From assembly GCA_001275005.1 (NCBI GenBank), contig JWZX01003176.1, positions 1 to 43,138 on the forward strand: a DNA stretch of 43,138 bases, in the 5' to 3' direction. This DNA comes from Chrysochromulina tobinii. Taxonomy: Eukaryota. How positions within the stretch are numbered: position 1 is the stretch's first letter; the number at the start of each line of letters is the position of its first letter. The notes beneath the pieces are model-generated. The model ran no database searches. It worked only from the letters and a program-made list of their open reading frames with translations, and was not told the origin of the DNA. Positions 1 through 12,500 of the stretch are shown here, in pieces. The translations under genes and the position numbers were made by a program.

Positions 1-25
1 CCCCCCCCCCCCCCCCCCCCCCCCC
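1..25. repeat. poly-C homopolymer at the window edge
   Basis: 25 consecutive C at position 1; could be a contig-end artefact. Confidence 0.9.
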
Positions 26-382
26 GTCGCAATGTCGCGGAGACTCACTGTACAACGGCAGCGCGTAACCGAAGGCCTCCGCCATCACGAGCGACATTAC
101 GTGCTGCACGTGAGCGGCGGAGGCGGACCGCGAGCCGGTGGTGGAGGAGCGCGCGGAGGGACCGCGAAACAACTGCCTGACATTGAAAAAAGCGTTTCCT
201 TTTGAATTTTTTCATCACATCACAATTGTGCATGCACCACTAAAGGCGATGAGGCCGCTACGTCGCCGAGACGTGTTGTGTGATCCACGAACTTGGCTTT
301 CTCGTGAAATCGTTGGGTCTGCGCCCTCCACGGTGTGTCTCCACGGGACCGGTGGTCGTGCGTCTTGCCGAGATGGCAATTT

Positions 383-406
383 AACGTGAACGTGAACGTG
401 AACGTG
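383..406 (+). repeat. (AACGTG)4 hexamer array upstream of the ABC1 kinase
   Basis: Four perfect AACGTG copies ending about 60 nt before ATG 465; CGTGAAATCGTTGG also occurs at both 303 and 403. Confidence 0.8.
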
Positions 407-464
407 AAATCGTTGGTGTGAGTTCACACTTGTGCGCGAGCACGAATCTCCTCTCGACTTTCCA

Positions 465-2851
465 ATGTTCTTCGACGCGCTGCGATCGCGCACTCCATCG
501 TGCACCTCATCCCTGTGTCGCGTTCGTCTTTGCCGCTCGCTGCAAACGCACGGCCTCGGTGGCCTCGTGCGCCACGCGTCAACGGCAGCCATCGAGACCC
601 AGCAGCACGTGATCACGCGGGCGCTTACACGGCCGCTTGCTGGCGCATTGGGCGGCGGCGGCGTGCTTGCACTCTCACTGCTCTGGCAGTCGGAGCGGCG
701 CGCAAGCGCGTGCGCGCCCGTAGGCTTGCAGCTGGCGTCGGCTCATTCCGCAAGCACCTCCCGAGCGCAGAGCATCGGGGCGCTGATTGAGACGAAGGGC
801 CGCCTGTGGGTGGCGCTGAGTGTCTTCTGGCGGTGCCTCGAGCTGCTCTGGCAGCTCGCACCCGTCGTGTTCACCCTGCCGCTGCTCCACTCACCGCTGC
901 GGCTGCGGTGGCTTGCGCTGCTGCGCCGCACGCTCGAGCGCTGCGGGCCAGTGGGCATCAAGTGGGGGCAGTGGGCGAGCACTCGGTATGACCTCTTCGA
1001 GGACGACCTGTGCGACGAGCTGCACAAGCTCACCAACTCCGCGCCCGCCCACTCGATCGCGCACACGCGCGCCGTCGTGGCGGCCGACTTTGGGTGCGAG
1101 CTGAGTGACCTCTTCGCTACCTTCGAGGATGAGCCGATGGCGAGCGGCTCGATCGGGCAGGTGCGAGCTCAGTGCGAGCTCAGTGCGAGCTCAGTGCGAG
1201 CTCAGTGCGAGCTCAGTGCGAGCTCAGTGCGAGCTCAGTGCGAGCTCAGTGCGAGCTCAGTGTGACCTCTGATCGACCTCTGAGCGTCTCTGATCGACCT
1301 CTGATCGACCTCTGATCGACCTCTGATCGACCTCTGAGCGTCTCTGGTGGCGTCTCTGGTGGCGTCTCTGGTGGCGTCTCTGGCGGCGTCTCTGGTGGCG
1401 TCTCTGGTGACGCGTCTGGTGACGCCTCTGGTGTCTGGTCGCCTGTGAGCGCCGCTGACTCTCTCGATGCATGCGCGGTTCGTTGTCGCAGGTGCACCTG
1501 GCGACGCTGAAGCACGCTCACGGGCGCTTCGAGCGGGGTCGCAAGGTGGCAGTCAAGGTGCAGCACCCAAACCTGGCCGAGCGCCTCACGCTCGATATGG
1601 CCATCCTCATGTCCGCGGCCGACCTCGTCGGCAGCGTCGCCGGCGTGCGCATCCACGAGACCGTCGCCCAGTTCGCCTCCAACTTTTACATGCAGCTTGA
1701 CTTCCGTGACGAAGCCGCCAACCTGCGCCGTTTCCAAGCCAACTTTGGATCGGCCTTTTGGGGAGCCATCGTCTCCTTTCCGCAACCCATTGAGGGCGGA
1801 CCCACGCCCCTCGTGTCGGAGCATGTGGTGGTCGAGACTTTCGAGGTGAGCGCCCATCGCCTCGGATGGCCTCTGATGACCTCTGATGACCTCCGAGTGC
1901 CTCTGATGGCCTCTGATGACCTCTGATGACCTCTGATGACCTCCGATGGCCTCAGATGACCTCTGATCGCCTCTGATCGCCTCCCATGGCCTCTGATGGC
2001 TCGACCGCTTACAGGCGGGCGACTCGGTCGCCGAGTACCTCAAGCGCGGCGTACCTCAGGTCGAGGTGAAGGGATGGAAGCGCGTGGGTAGCAAGTGGGT
2101 GCCAGCCGACGGCTCTGACCCAACTAGCCTGCTGCCGCCCGGCGCCGAAGCAGACGACGCAAAGGCGGCGGAGTTTGTCCTGCTGCGCAAAAAGGTGGGC
2201 GTGTGCGGCGTGCAGTCGTACATCAAGATGGTGATGCTCGATAACTTCGTCCATGCGGACCTGCACCCGGGCAACGTGCTTGTGCGCATGGAGGAGGTGG
2301 GCCTGCTCGCCCGGTTCCAGCGCTTCATCCTGCTAGGGGGCACTTGGGAGGAGATGCAGCGCTCGACCATGCCGCACATCGTCTTCCTCGACGCGGGCCT
2401 AGCCGCCACCTTCGACGATCGCATCTACTCCAACGTTCAAGGCTTCTTCACCGCGATCGTCGAGCATAAAGGACCCGAGTTCGGCCGCGCGATCCTCGGT
2501 CTGAACCCGACGCAGCCCCATGTCTTGTCCGAGGAGGCGTTTATACAGGAGGTAACGCAGAAGATGGGCGAGATGCGGGCTCAGCTATTACGGGGCGAGG
2601 GGCGCGCCGGTGACAATATCCGCTCGTTCATGGCCTCGGTTCGTAACCACAATGTGAGCCTCGACCCCACGGTGATGGTGGCGCTCATGTCTATGATGGT
2701 TCTCGAAGGGTGGCAGTGGCGCCTCGACCCTTCAGTCGGCATCCTCGACGCCATCGAGATGCAGCTCATTCGGAAGGCCTCGCTCGCCGGCTGGCTCCTG
2801 TCCGCCGCCGAAGTGTACGCGAGCTTCAAAGCCAAGTATCTGCCCGCGTGA
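465..2851 (+). CDS. ABC1/UbiB (ADCK) family atypical protein kinase; exons 465-1160, 1492-1845, 2015-2851
   Basis: Motifs GPVGIKWGQWASTRYDLF, PMASGSIGQVH, VAVKVQHP, LDFRDEA, HADLHPGN and LDAGL. Two phase-0 GT-AG introns (1161-1491, 1846-2014) join three ORF-track frames into one protein. The Arg/Ser-rich N-terminus suggests organelle targeting. Confidence 0.92.
1161..1491 (+). other. intron 1 of the ABC1 gene, composed of three tandem-repeat blocks
   Basis: CAG|GT...CAG|GT; (GTGCGAGCTCA)x9, then (CTCTGATCGAC)-type 11-mers, then (GTCTCTGGTGGC)-type 12-mers. Confidence 0.9.
1846..2014 (+). other. intron 2 of the ABC1 gene with a (GACCTCTGAT)-type decamer array
   Basis: GAG|GTGAGC...TTACAG|GCG; removal restores the frame VETFE-AGDSV. 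Confidence 0.88.
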
Positions 2852-3513
2852 TCAGAAGGCGGGGCGACGAGGATCGTTCTACTCTTGTCAGGCTAGGACG
2901 ACTGCCCGAGCTTAGTGCAAGTGGTTCCGTGATCAGGTGGAGCACCACTCCACACTTAGCAGAACGGTGCACACTTTGTGCAGCCCGTGCGAAAGAGAAA
3001 TGGGGCTGATTCGATGCACTAGTGTCGCGCTCGTAAGTCGATCTGGCCGCTGTAAAGTAACGAAGGGCGCAACACGAGCCGTTGCGTGCGTGCGTGTGTT
3101 AACTGGTGCACGACCGGACCTTCTTGACCCAAAGGGAGTGTGGCCTTCTCTTTATTCCGGTTTCGCAAGTTTCTAGTTTGGGTCCCGCTCAGCAGAACGA
3201 CAACGCTCTTCACCGTCTTGGTCTTGCTCAGGAGGACGTGGGCGGGGGAGCAGCGGGTCATGATGCAAATGCAGACACAAGGTTCACAAGCATTATGCTA
3301 TTAGCATTACACAAGCATCACAACTCAATCGTTCATACCGAGTATGGGTATGGACCCACGTGCTCACTACAGCGGGTGACTCATCCCCCATGCAGCTTCC
3401 AGGGTCTGAACCCGGCTATCGGATCTCCCCGCTCTGAGGTGCACTGGGCGCTGTGATGGGCAGCCCACCCTGTCTTCGGCTAACGACTCTCATTCCCTCA
3501 CGATCAATGAGGA

Positions 3514-6500
3514 TCATACCCTCACGATCAAGACATCCTCCTCGTCGGCCAAGCCCTCCGGCAGCGCCCAAGGCTTCAGAAGACTCGACGGGGACGGCGA
3601 CGGCAGTGCTTGCGGCGGCGGGACCTCCGCCGGCGCCGGCACCGGCGGCACAACCTCAACTGTCTTCGCACGCTCCAGCTGAGCCTCCGAAGCAGTCTTC
3701 GCAGCAGCAGCTTTCTCCTTCTCGAGCGCCGTATCGAGCACCATGGCCTCCGCTCGGAGCGAAGGCTTCTTCTTGAGGGCCGGCTTGGCAACGGAGGCGC
3801 CAAGCACCGATGCGACCGTCTCGGCGTGCTGTTCAAGAACGCCCTCAGTCTCGTCAAGAACGCCCTCAGACAGCCGGAGTGGTGGGTACGGGAGCAGGGT
3901 CCCCTCGCCACTGAGGTCTCGCGACTGGCGCGAGCGGATGCGTGGCGTGAGGCGCCTGTGCATGCCGCCCGTGAGCTTGTGATTGAGCGCCTCGAGGTAC
4001 TTGGAGGCCACGAGCAGAGCTCCGGACGAGATCTTGAGCACACCTCCAACAGTGGTGCTGCTCAGCCCATACACAAAGCCCTTGACGCCGCCCCGGCTCG
4101 CGCCTCGGATGGAGGCGCCCAGGTCGAAGACGCCGGTGCGCACGCCCAGCTCGAGCACTTCGAGAGAACCCATGGCTGACATGAAGTCACGCGACTTGTG
4201 CTGCTCCGCCTGAAGGTGTGAATAGACGAAGTTGGGGTCGCGGGTCAGGCGCGCGAGCGCGGTGCTCGAGGTGCCCAAGTTCGTCGAGAGGAACGAGAGG
4301 ATCCAATCGGCGATGGTGATGGAGAAGCCGTGCAGCCCCGCAGCCAGAGCCGCGGGCAGCTTGAGGAGTGACGAACCCTCACGCTCCCACCGGGCGAGGA
4401 ACCGGCTGTACCCAAACTCGACGGCTTGGAAGAGCTTGCCCACGTTGCCCAACTTGTTGGCGAGGAGATTCGTCAGGGCTTTGAGCGCCGCGAGCCAATA
4501 ATGGGCGACGGCGAGCTGCACGAGATCGGCGGGCGGCGAGAAGAACTCGAGCGTCTCGAAGGGCGGCAGCTCAATCTGCCAATTGTCGAGCGAAGCGAGC
4601 GAGGCGACGGCGCTGAGATGATCGAGCTCATCGAGGTCCTCGTCGTCGAGCGCGGCCGCCTCGCCGCCGTCGAGCTGCGAGCGTCGGTCGAGTGCATCTG
4701 CCTTGATCTGCACGGTGATGCTCAGCCGCACCTGGTCGATCTTCACGCGCTTGAGATAGAGCTCGTTCAGGCCCGATTTGGAACGAGACTTGGAGCGCTG
4801 GGCGACCACCAGCTCCGTCGACTCGGCGCTCTCGGGCGGCTCGTCTGCCGGGGCCTCGGCCTGGGGAGTCTCGTCCTCGTGCATCCGCCGCTCGTGTTGA
4901 TTGCCATCCGCCGTGTCCGCGATCTCCGCTAGACCTCGCTTCATACGGACGAGTCGGGCGACCAAGGTCTGCTCGAGGCAGATGGTGAGCGGCTGCAGCG
5001 AGATGCGCACCTCCTCGACGCACTTGATGCTGCTGCTGTAATCCGTCTGATCGGTGAGCGAAAAGAAGAGCATCGGCGGGAGAGGCCCATCCGACGCACT
5101 CGAGGGCGCATGGACCCTGCTCACACTGCGCCTGTTCGCACTGCGTCTGTTCACACTGCGTCGGATGGGCGGCGGTTGCGGCGGCTGGCGCCCAGCGCCC
5201 ACGACGGCGCGCCACGGGTGCTCGAGGAGCGAAGCGGCAGCAGCCTCGAGCGAGGCCGCGTGCGCAGGGAGGCATCGGCGATCGCGCGTGCGCTTCGATT
5301 CCTCGGCGAGCAGCACTGGGAAATCCGCCGATTCGATGGGCGTGTCGATCTGCAGCAGGTCCACGGCGAGCTGCACGGACTGCCGAGGCGCTCCGCTCGC
5401 GGGTGTGACGCTCATCAGGTGAGCATCGATGTGCTCGAGGGAGAAGCGCAGAATCTCCGACGGCTCGAGATCGACGAGGGTGAGCCCAACACGGCGCAGA
5501 TGGACGTGCAGCATCTCGACGGTGATCAACTTGAGCGGCGTCGTCTCGGGCGGTGGCGGCTCGGGCGGCGTCGTCTCGAGCGGCGGCGGCTCCGCGGCGC
5601 CCCCGGCAGGTGGGGCGCCGTGTTGGGCGTGGGGGTCGGCGGCGACGCCCAGCCGCTGGGGTGTGCCCACCACGGCGCGCTGGGGCGTGCCCGCCACGGC
5701 GCGCTGGGGCGTGCCCACGTGGAGCTCGCGTACTGGGCCGACCGCATGCAACTGTAAGCGCACGCTGTGCATCTCGGCCTCAATCTCGGCCTCAATCTCG
5801 GCGCCGGCCGCCCTCGAGAGCGCCGTCGCCGCACGCAGCAGGAGCTCGCGTGCCTCGCTCGAGGCGGGCGGGCAACTGTACAGAGGCAGCTGCCCTTGCT
5901 CGTCGCGGGCGCGGGGGTCGGCCTTGGCGCGCAGGAGCAGCTTGAGGACCGGCGCACAGCCCGCGGACGCTGCAAAGTGGAGCGCGGTCATGCCCACCAC
6001 GGCGCGCTGGATGCCCGAAAGAGGTGCGGCGCCGTGTTTGGAGTGGGCGAGGCTGGCGCCGTGCTGGGCGCTCGCCTCCGACGGGCGGGAAGGCAAGCCC
6101 GGCTCGGCGCGGGCTTCGAGCAGCATTCGAACGAGGTCGGCATGCCCTCGGATGCACGCCTCGTGCAGCGCACTCGTGCCGTTCGGACCAAACGAGTCTG
6201 GGTGCGTGTGGGAGTGAAGCAGGGCCTTGACGGTCTGTATCTGCCCCGCGGCCGCAGCTGTCACGATCAGCGCCGAGTGGATCATCTGCGTGCCCACCGC
6301 CTGCTGCCGCGTCTCGGCCATCGTGAGCTCTGTGCGCGCACGCGAGCCCTCGATGGAGAGCTGCGACGCACGCTTGCCATCGCCCCCCCTTGCCTCGAGA
6401 GGGTCGGCGCCGGCGCCGAGCAACAGCCGAATGCACGTGTGCCCGTGTGGAGCGGCCACATGGAGAGGCGTTTGCTTCCACCCGTCGTGGGTCTTCAGAT

Positions 6501-9500
6501 TCACGTCGGCCCGCGCCTCGATGAGCTTCTCAATCACGCCAGCGCTCTGCAGCGCACACGCGACGTGGAGCGAGCTCTGCCCCGTCTGGTGGCTCACAGA
6601 GTCGGGCGAGGCGCCCCGCGAGAGGAGGAGGTTGAAGGTGCTCATGTCGCCCGACGCGAGGGCGTCGACCAGCTCGGGCATCGCGATACGCGTCGGCTCG
6701 AGCTGCGAGTGCCAACGGGCGGCGCGTCGGCGGCGAGTGACCGACTGCACGAGCACGGCCGCCTGTGCCGCATCCATATTAGGGTTGGCCGTGCTCACGC
6801 CGCGCGCCCTTCGCGCCCACGAAAGCACCTGCAGCTGCACGTCCTCAAGATGGGCACGGGTGCTGACACGGGTGCTGACACGCTCCGCCATCTTGGCGCG
6901 CACGAGCTGCAGCGTCCTCTCCGTCGCGGCCCGCTCCTTGGAGCCGCTCAGTAGCGCGTTGAGCTGGGCACACGTGCGGGCAGGATCGAGCAGGCCGGTG
7001 CAGCGGAGCCGCTCGCCGCTGGTCGTGACGATGAGCAATCCGCCGTCGGCCACGTCCCTTGCATCGAGGCTCGAGCTGCGTGTGCCACCTTCGCCGCCGC
7101 CCCCTCTCGCTCCATCGGCCCCGAGGAGGACGGCCGCCACCTGCTCGAGCGGCAACGGGAAGGCGTCGAGGGCCATCCACGTGACCGTCGGCCCTGGAAA
7201 AGCGTCAGCGTTCGACACCCTTTCCTCTTCCGACTGCGACGGCGTGAGCGGCGGCGGGGACGATGAGTCCTCGCCCTCGTCCTCACCCACGGCCTCCCTT
7301 TTCGTCTTCCTCCTCGTCCTCTTCTTCTTCTCATCAGCAAGCACCAGGTCTCCGCTGATGAAGACGAGCCATGATTGTGACGCGCACAGCCACCCCCGAG
7401 AGCGCCTGATACGGCGCGGAGGGCGCGCCGCCAGAAGCGCCTTGTTGGCCGCGCTCGGTGAGAGCGGCGTCTTTTTCTTCGGTGTTCCACCCGCCGTCGT
7501 GGGCGACTGAGCCGCCGTCGTGGGCGACTGAGCCGCCGTCGTGGGCGACTGAGCCGCCGTCGTGGGCGACTGAGCCGCCGTCGTGGGCGCGGCATGGTGC
7601 AGGGTGCATCCGACCGAGAAGAGATGCGATTCTGACCGTGGGAGCCACGCGGTTGGCGAAGCCCGCGCCTTGCCGCCTGCAAGCGTCGCCAACTTGAAGT
7701 CGGGCGCGTGGGAGCCGATGCCCGTGACGGCGCTGGCCGTGCTCGCCATTTTGCCTACCGCGTCTCCCAAAGTTCCCACAGAGGACGCTGCCCTCTCGGT
7801 GAAGGAGCCTCCGCGGTCCATCACGCCGCTGATGGCGCTCCCCACCGACACCCCACCGAGGCTGATGGCGTTGTCGAAGACCTGGAGCGTCTTGAGGACC
7901 GCATCGCCCACACTCGCCTCCTTGACGGCCTTGAGCTCTCTGGTCGCTGTGGCGCACTGCACGCCGTGAGGGTCGCGCAGCATGAGCTCGAGGGTCGCCG
8001 GCTCACCCCGCTCCTTGAACGCGAGGGGCGAGTCGAGCGCGTAGTCCATCGTCTCTCCCGCGCCGAGCAGATCCCAGCGCTGGGTGCCCACCTGACGAAA
8101 CCCGAAGAGCATGAATGGCAATCAGAGGTCATCAGAGGCCATCAGAGGTCATCAGAGGTCATCAGTGGTCATGACCTGACGAAACCCGAGGAGCATGTTC
8201 AGCATGCAATCAGAGGCAATCAGAGGTCATCAGAGCTCATCACCTGACGAAACGCGAGGAGCATGTTCAGCATGCAATCAGAGGCAATCAGAGGTCATCA
8301 GAGGTCATCACCTGACGAAACGCGAGGAGCATGTTCGATTCGTTGGCGATGCGGAAGGGCAGGTGGCGGCTCAGGACATCCACATGCTCGGCCCGCGCCC
8401 CCGAAAAGTGGCCTTTGGGCTCGTCGAGGTAGAGCACCGTCTGCGCGCGCTCTTGGGTCACGTGGAGCACCAAGTAGCGCTCGATCGCATACGAAAGCTC
8501 CTCGTCGAGATTGGGACGAAACTTGAGCGTGAACGTGCCCATCTGGAAGGGCGAGAAGGCACAGCACCACTCGTGCTCGCGAGTAGCAAAGCGTACTTGC
8601 ATGAGCCGGCGGGCGTCGTAGTTCCGGAAGCGCAGCGCGCCCGTTTGGGCGCCCGGAGGGACCACGAGCTCAGCGCCAAAGGCATGCCGGCGGCCGAGCT
8701 CATTGCCTCGGTGCTTGGCCGGGGGCGCCTCCCGCCACCAAAGGGTCTCTGACGTGGCATTGTGCACCACGAAACGGTCGTGGACGTAGGTTACATTGCT
8801 CATGCCCACGGGCACGCTCGAGTCGCGCTCGACCGTGACGCTCACCTCGACCATCTCCCCATGGCCGACGGGCACCGAGAGGGGGGTCGACGAGCCGGTC
8901 ACGTTGATCGGGAAGGCGCCCGACTGCGAGCCGATCACGTCCGACTTGGCGTACGCGAGGCGTGCCTTGTCGCCGACCTTTTCGGTGGCGCCTTCGAAGG
9001 CCAGCGTGAAGTAATGGGGCAGCGCCGAGTGAGCGTCCGCGGTGGTGACCGGCTTCTTCGCGCTCGAGCCGTAGAGGGCGAGGGGCACCGACGACTTGTT
9101 GTACAGCCAGTGCGGCGCGAACAGGCGCAGCTCGCACTGGGCGCCGTGCGACTTGATCTCCACGAGTAGCGTGACGGAGAGGGCCGTGTTCCGGCCACCC
9201 ACGTGCAGCTGGAGCTGCGAGATCTGCTTGTGGCCCACCCGAGCCTTCTCGGGCAGGCAGACCTCGATCTCGCCGCGCAGAGGCTCGCCGTCCGCGCGCG
9301 GGAGCTGTGCGTACAGCTCGAGCGCCGTCCACGCGTGGAAGCTGTGGAAGCGGCGCGAGGCGCCGGCGCGGATGGTGAACTGCGCCGAGGGCAGAAGCGC
9401 GTCGATCGGGAGCGGAGGGTCGAGAAAGTCCTTGTTCAGATGGCCCATGAGGCTCTCGTCCACCTTGTGCCCGCTTCGGCCGCTCGGCCGCCTGGCGCGC

Positions 9501-12500
9501 TGCGTCAGACGAATCTCGACGGAGCTCGGCAAGAAGGAGGCAATGAGCAGCGGCGCGATCAGCGTGAGCTCCCTCGGCTGCCAGCCGGCGGCCGGGCTGC
9601 GACTCATGCGGATCGCGTGCGCGTGCAGCTCGCGCATCTTGGCGAGTGCCGTCTTGGCGGTGGAGGTTTCGTCACGGAACTCAAACGTCAGGCTGCCCCC
9701 GTTCTTGAGGCGCACGACCACCTCGGCACCCACGGTAGCGTCGAGCCCTTCTAAGAAGGACGATCTCAGCGCCTCGACCACCTCCTCGCCAGAGTCGGCC
9801 ATGGAGGAGGTGGGAAGCCCTCTGGTGAAGGAGGCAGCTCCCTCAGCCACCGCGGCGGCTCCACTTCTCTCGGCGATGGCAGTGCTGCTTTTGGCGGCCG
9901 CGCTCTTGGTTTGAGCAGCCGCGCTCGCAGCGCCCCGAGCCATCGCGGCGGCTCCACTTCTCTCGGCGATGGCAGTGCTGCTTTTGGCGGGCGCGCTCTT
10001 GGTTTGAGCAGCCGCGCTCGCAGCGCCCCGAGCCATCGCGGCGGCTCCACTTCTCTCGGCGATGGCAGTGCCAGCTTTGGCGACCGCGCTCTTGGCGGCC
10101 GTGGCGGCCGCTCCCAGACCAAGAGCGATCGAACGATCGATCACCTCGACAGCTGACCACGGGATGGCCTTCTCCATCGCTCCCGATTCGCCGGAGCCGA
10201 CGCACCGGACGCACAGGTATCCGGGCGTGAGGTACACACGGCCGCCCGTCGACCCATCCGAGTGGCCTAATCCGGTCAGACTCCGGAGATTGAGGCTCTT
10301 TTCGCCCGTGATCTGAATCTCGGAGATGCGCGACGAGCGGAAGGAGTCGATGCACGTCTCGGACGCGGGCAGCTGCAGCTCCGCGAGCTCACGCATCCGC
10401 TGCTTATTGATCGCGGTCGCGGCTGCTGTGGTGGGCAGCGGCTCCGCTTCCGCCTCCTCTTCCTCCTCCACCTCGTCCTCCTCTGACCGGAGGACGCGAA
10501 GAGATTCCCTTGAGCTCTGGACGATGCAGATCCATGGCAGCAGCAGATCCGTAGCGGCAGGGGCGGCGGCGGGGTCGGCAGCAGGGTCGGCAGCGCTCGG
10601 GGCAGCGCTCCCTAGCCCATGGCTCCTGAGCCACTCGCGCGTCGCCGCGTCGGCGGGGCTCACACTCTCTTCCAGACTCTCGAATTGATCTCGAGTCGGG
10701 CCGCAATAGAGGAGCGCCGTTCGATCGGTCCATATTAGGAGCTTGCCCGTGGGGGTGGCGGGGGCGGCAGACGTGCCCTGTCTGAGGCCGCTGGGCTTCT
10801 GAACGGAGGGTTTGGCGCCAATTGGGGGGGTGGCGCGGCGGGTAGAGGGGCTGGTCGAGGGGATGTACCCTCTGTCCGGATTCTGGAGCACGATGCCGTC
10901 GCCGTCGGGCACTCCGTCGGGCTCAAATCGCAAGCTCGCCATCGACCCTTCCGAGCCGAAGAGTGTGTACGCGAGAGGTAGCCATCGCTTCTCCTCACGT
11001 CGCACCACGACGGCACTTCCGGCGCCGAGGAGCATCTGGTCATAGCGCGCGTCCCAGTGCTTGCCGAGCGCCGTTGCGAGCGCGGCGCTCAGGTCGGTGC
11101 GGATCAGGACCGGGCTCGCAGTCTTATTCTTGATACTGAGGGTCGAGCGCGCGCTCACAGTACGGCACCCTCGGTCGTGTCTCACGTCGCACACCACGCC
11201 CAGCGTCATTTGGCGAGCCTTCATGGCCATCCCCACCGTCCTCGCAAAGTTGACGCGCTGCTCCCTGAGAAGAGACCACTTGCTCTTCGCAGGGCCGCCG
11301 CCGGCCGCGGCCGCCGCCGAAGGGGCCAGAAGTGAGGCCTCGGCAGCGGGGCAGGCTGTGGGAAGGGAGGCCTCGGCAGCGGGGCAGGCTGTGGGAAGTG
11401 AGGCCTCGGCAGCGGGGCAGGCTGTGGGAAGGGAGGCCTCGGCAGCGTCGGCAGCAGCGGCTACGAGGACGAGCGACGAGCCGAGACGGTGCAGCGGCAG
11501 CCGAGCGGGCGTGCAGAAGAGCGCGCCGCTCACCTCGTCCTCGAAGACGAACGTGACCGTCTCGAGCGCCGTCTCGAGCTCCTCGGCCGGCCTAGTCGAG
11601 CTCGCGGCTGCACCGGCTGCCGCGGATCGATGGATGAGCAAGCGCCGTCTCGAGCTGCTCAGGCTGCGCTTGCGGTGGAGCGCTACCGGTAACGCCTTGA
11701 GTGGACTCATGGCCCCCAACAGCCCACCCAAGCCCAAGGTCCGCTCGTGCTTGCCGATGGGCGAGGCTTTTGCGGACTTTTGGACCAAATTGGTGCATGA
11801 CGAGACGATGTGGCCGAGCCCGCCCAGCTTCCGGGTGACGAACCGGGTGACGCTGCGGGGGGTCGCGGCGGCCGCCTCGGCGGTGGGACGACGTGGTCTC
11901 GTCGGGGGGGTCGGGAGGTGCGTGGACCGATAGCCGACGAGCAGCCCTTCGAGCTCCGCGTGCCACACCTCGATCGTGGGCGAAACGGTCGGATCGCCGC
12001 GGTGGGAGTGCCCGTCATACTCGGCGGGATCGTCCGTGGCGGGAACCTCGAGCCAAATCTGCTCCTTGGAGATCGTGATCACGTGGAGCAGCGTCACGGC
12101 TCCGTCGCCCGAGGGCCGCGGGCGCCCGACGATCGCCACCTTGTGCAGGCTGCTGACGGGGAGGTGCTCGAGACGGCGCTCGAGACTCTTCGGGTGCAAT
12201 GTGAGCTGCGCGTCGGCAAAGCGGCAGAGGCCTTCGCGCGAGAGCAGTCCAAACCAGAGGCGTGGGTGAGTGAGCTCGGCGTCCCATTCGATCAGAAGCC
12301 CGCTGCACAGCGACGCGAGCAGCGACGCGTCGCGCAGCAGCGCATGCGCCGCCTCCACGTCCGCCGCCAGCTTTGAACGCTCCCTGCGCTGCTGCGCCGT
12401 CCGGCCGCCGCTCGGCGTCGTCGCGGGCAGCAGCTCGATCGGGAGCAGCCCGTCGCTGTCGACCAGCGTCGGGTCGGCACCCGCGTGGAGCAACAGCCCA

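Noticed and set aside
1..25. Poly-C as a telomere or G-quadruplex element
   Set aside because: It is a plain homopolymer at the sequence edge with no telomeric repeat units; an artefact cannot be excluded.
1161..1430. Tandem arrays resembling a CRISPR array, and repeat-derived ORFs such as 1246-2043 (-)
   Set aside because: There are no unique spacers and no cas genes; the arrays lie within spliceosomal introns of a eukaryotic gene.
3019..3456. Short ORFs between the ABC1 and VPS13 3' ends
   Set aside because: They lack codon bias and recognisable motifs and most likely lie in 3' UTR or intergenic sequence.
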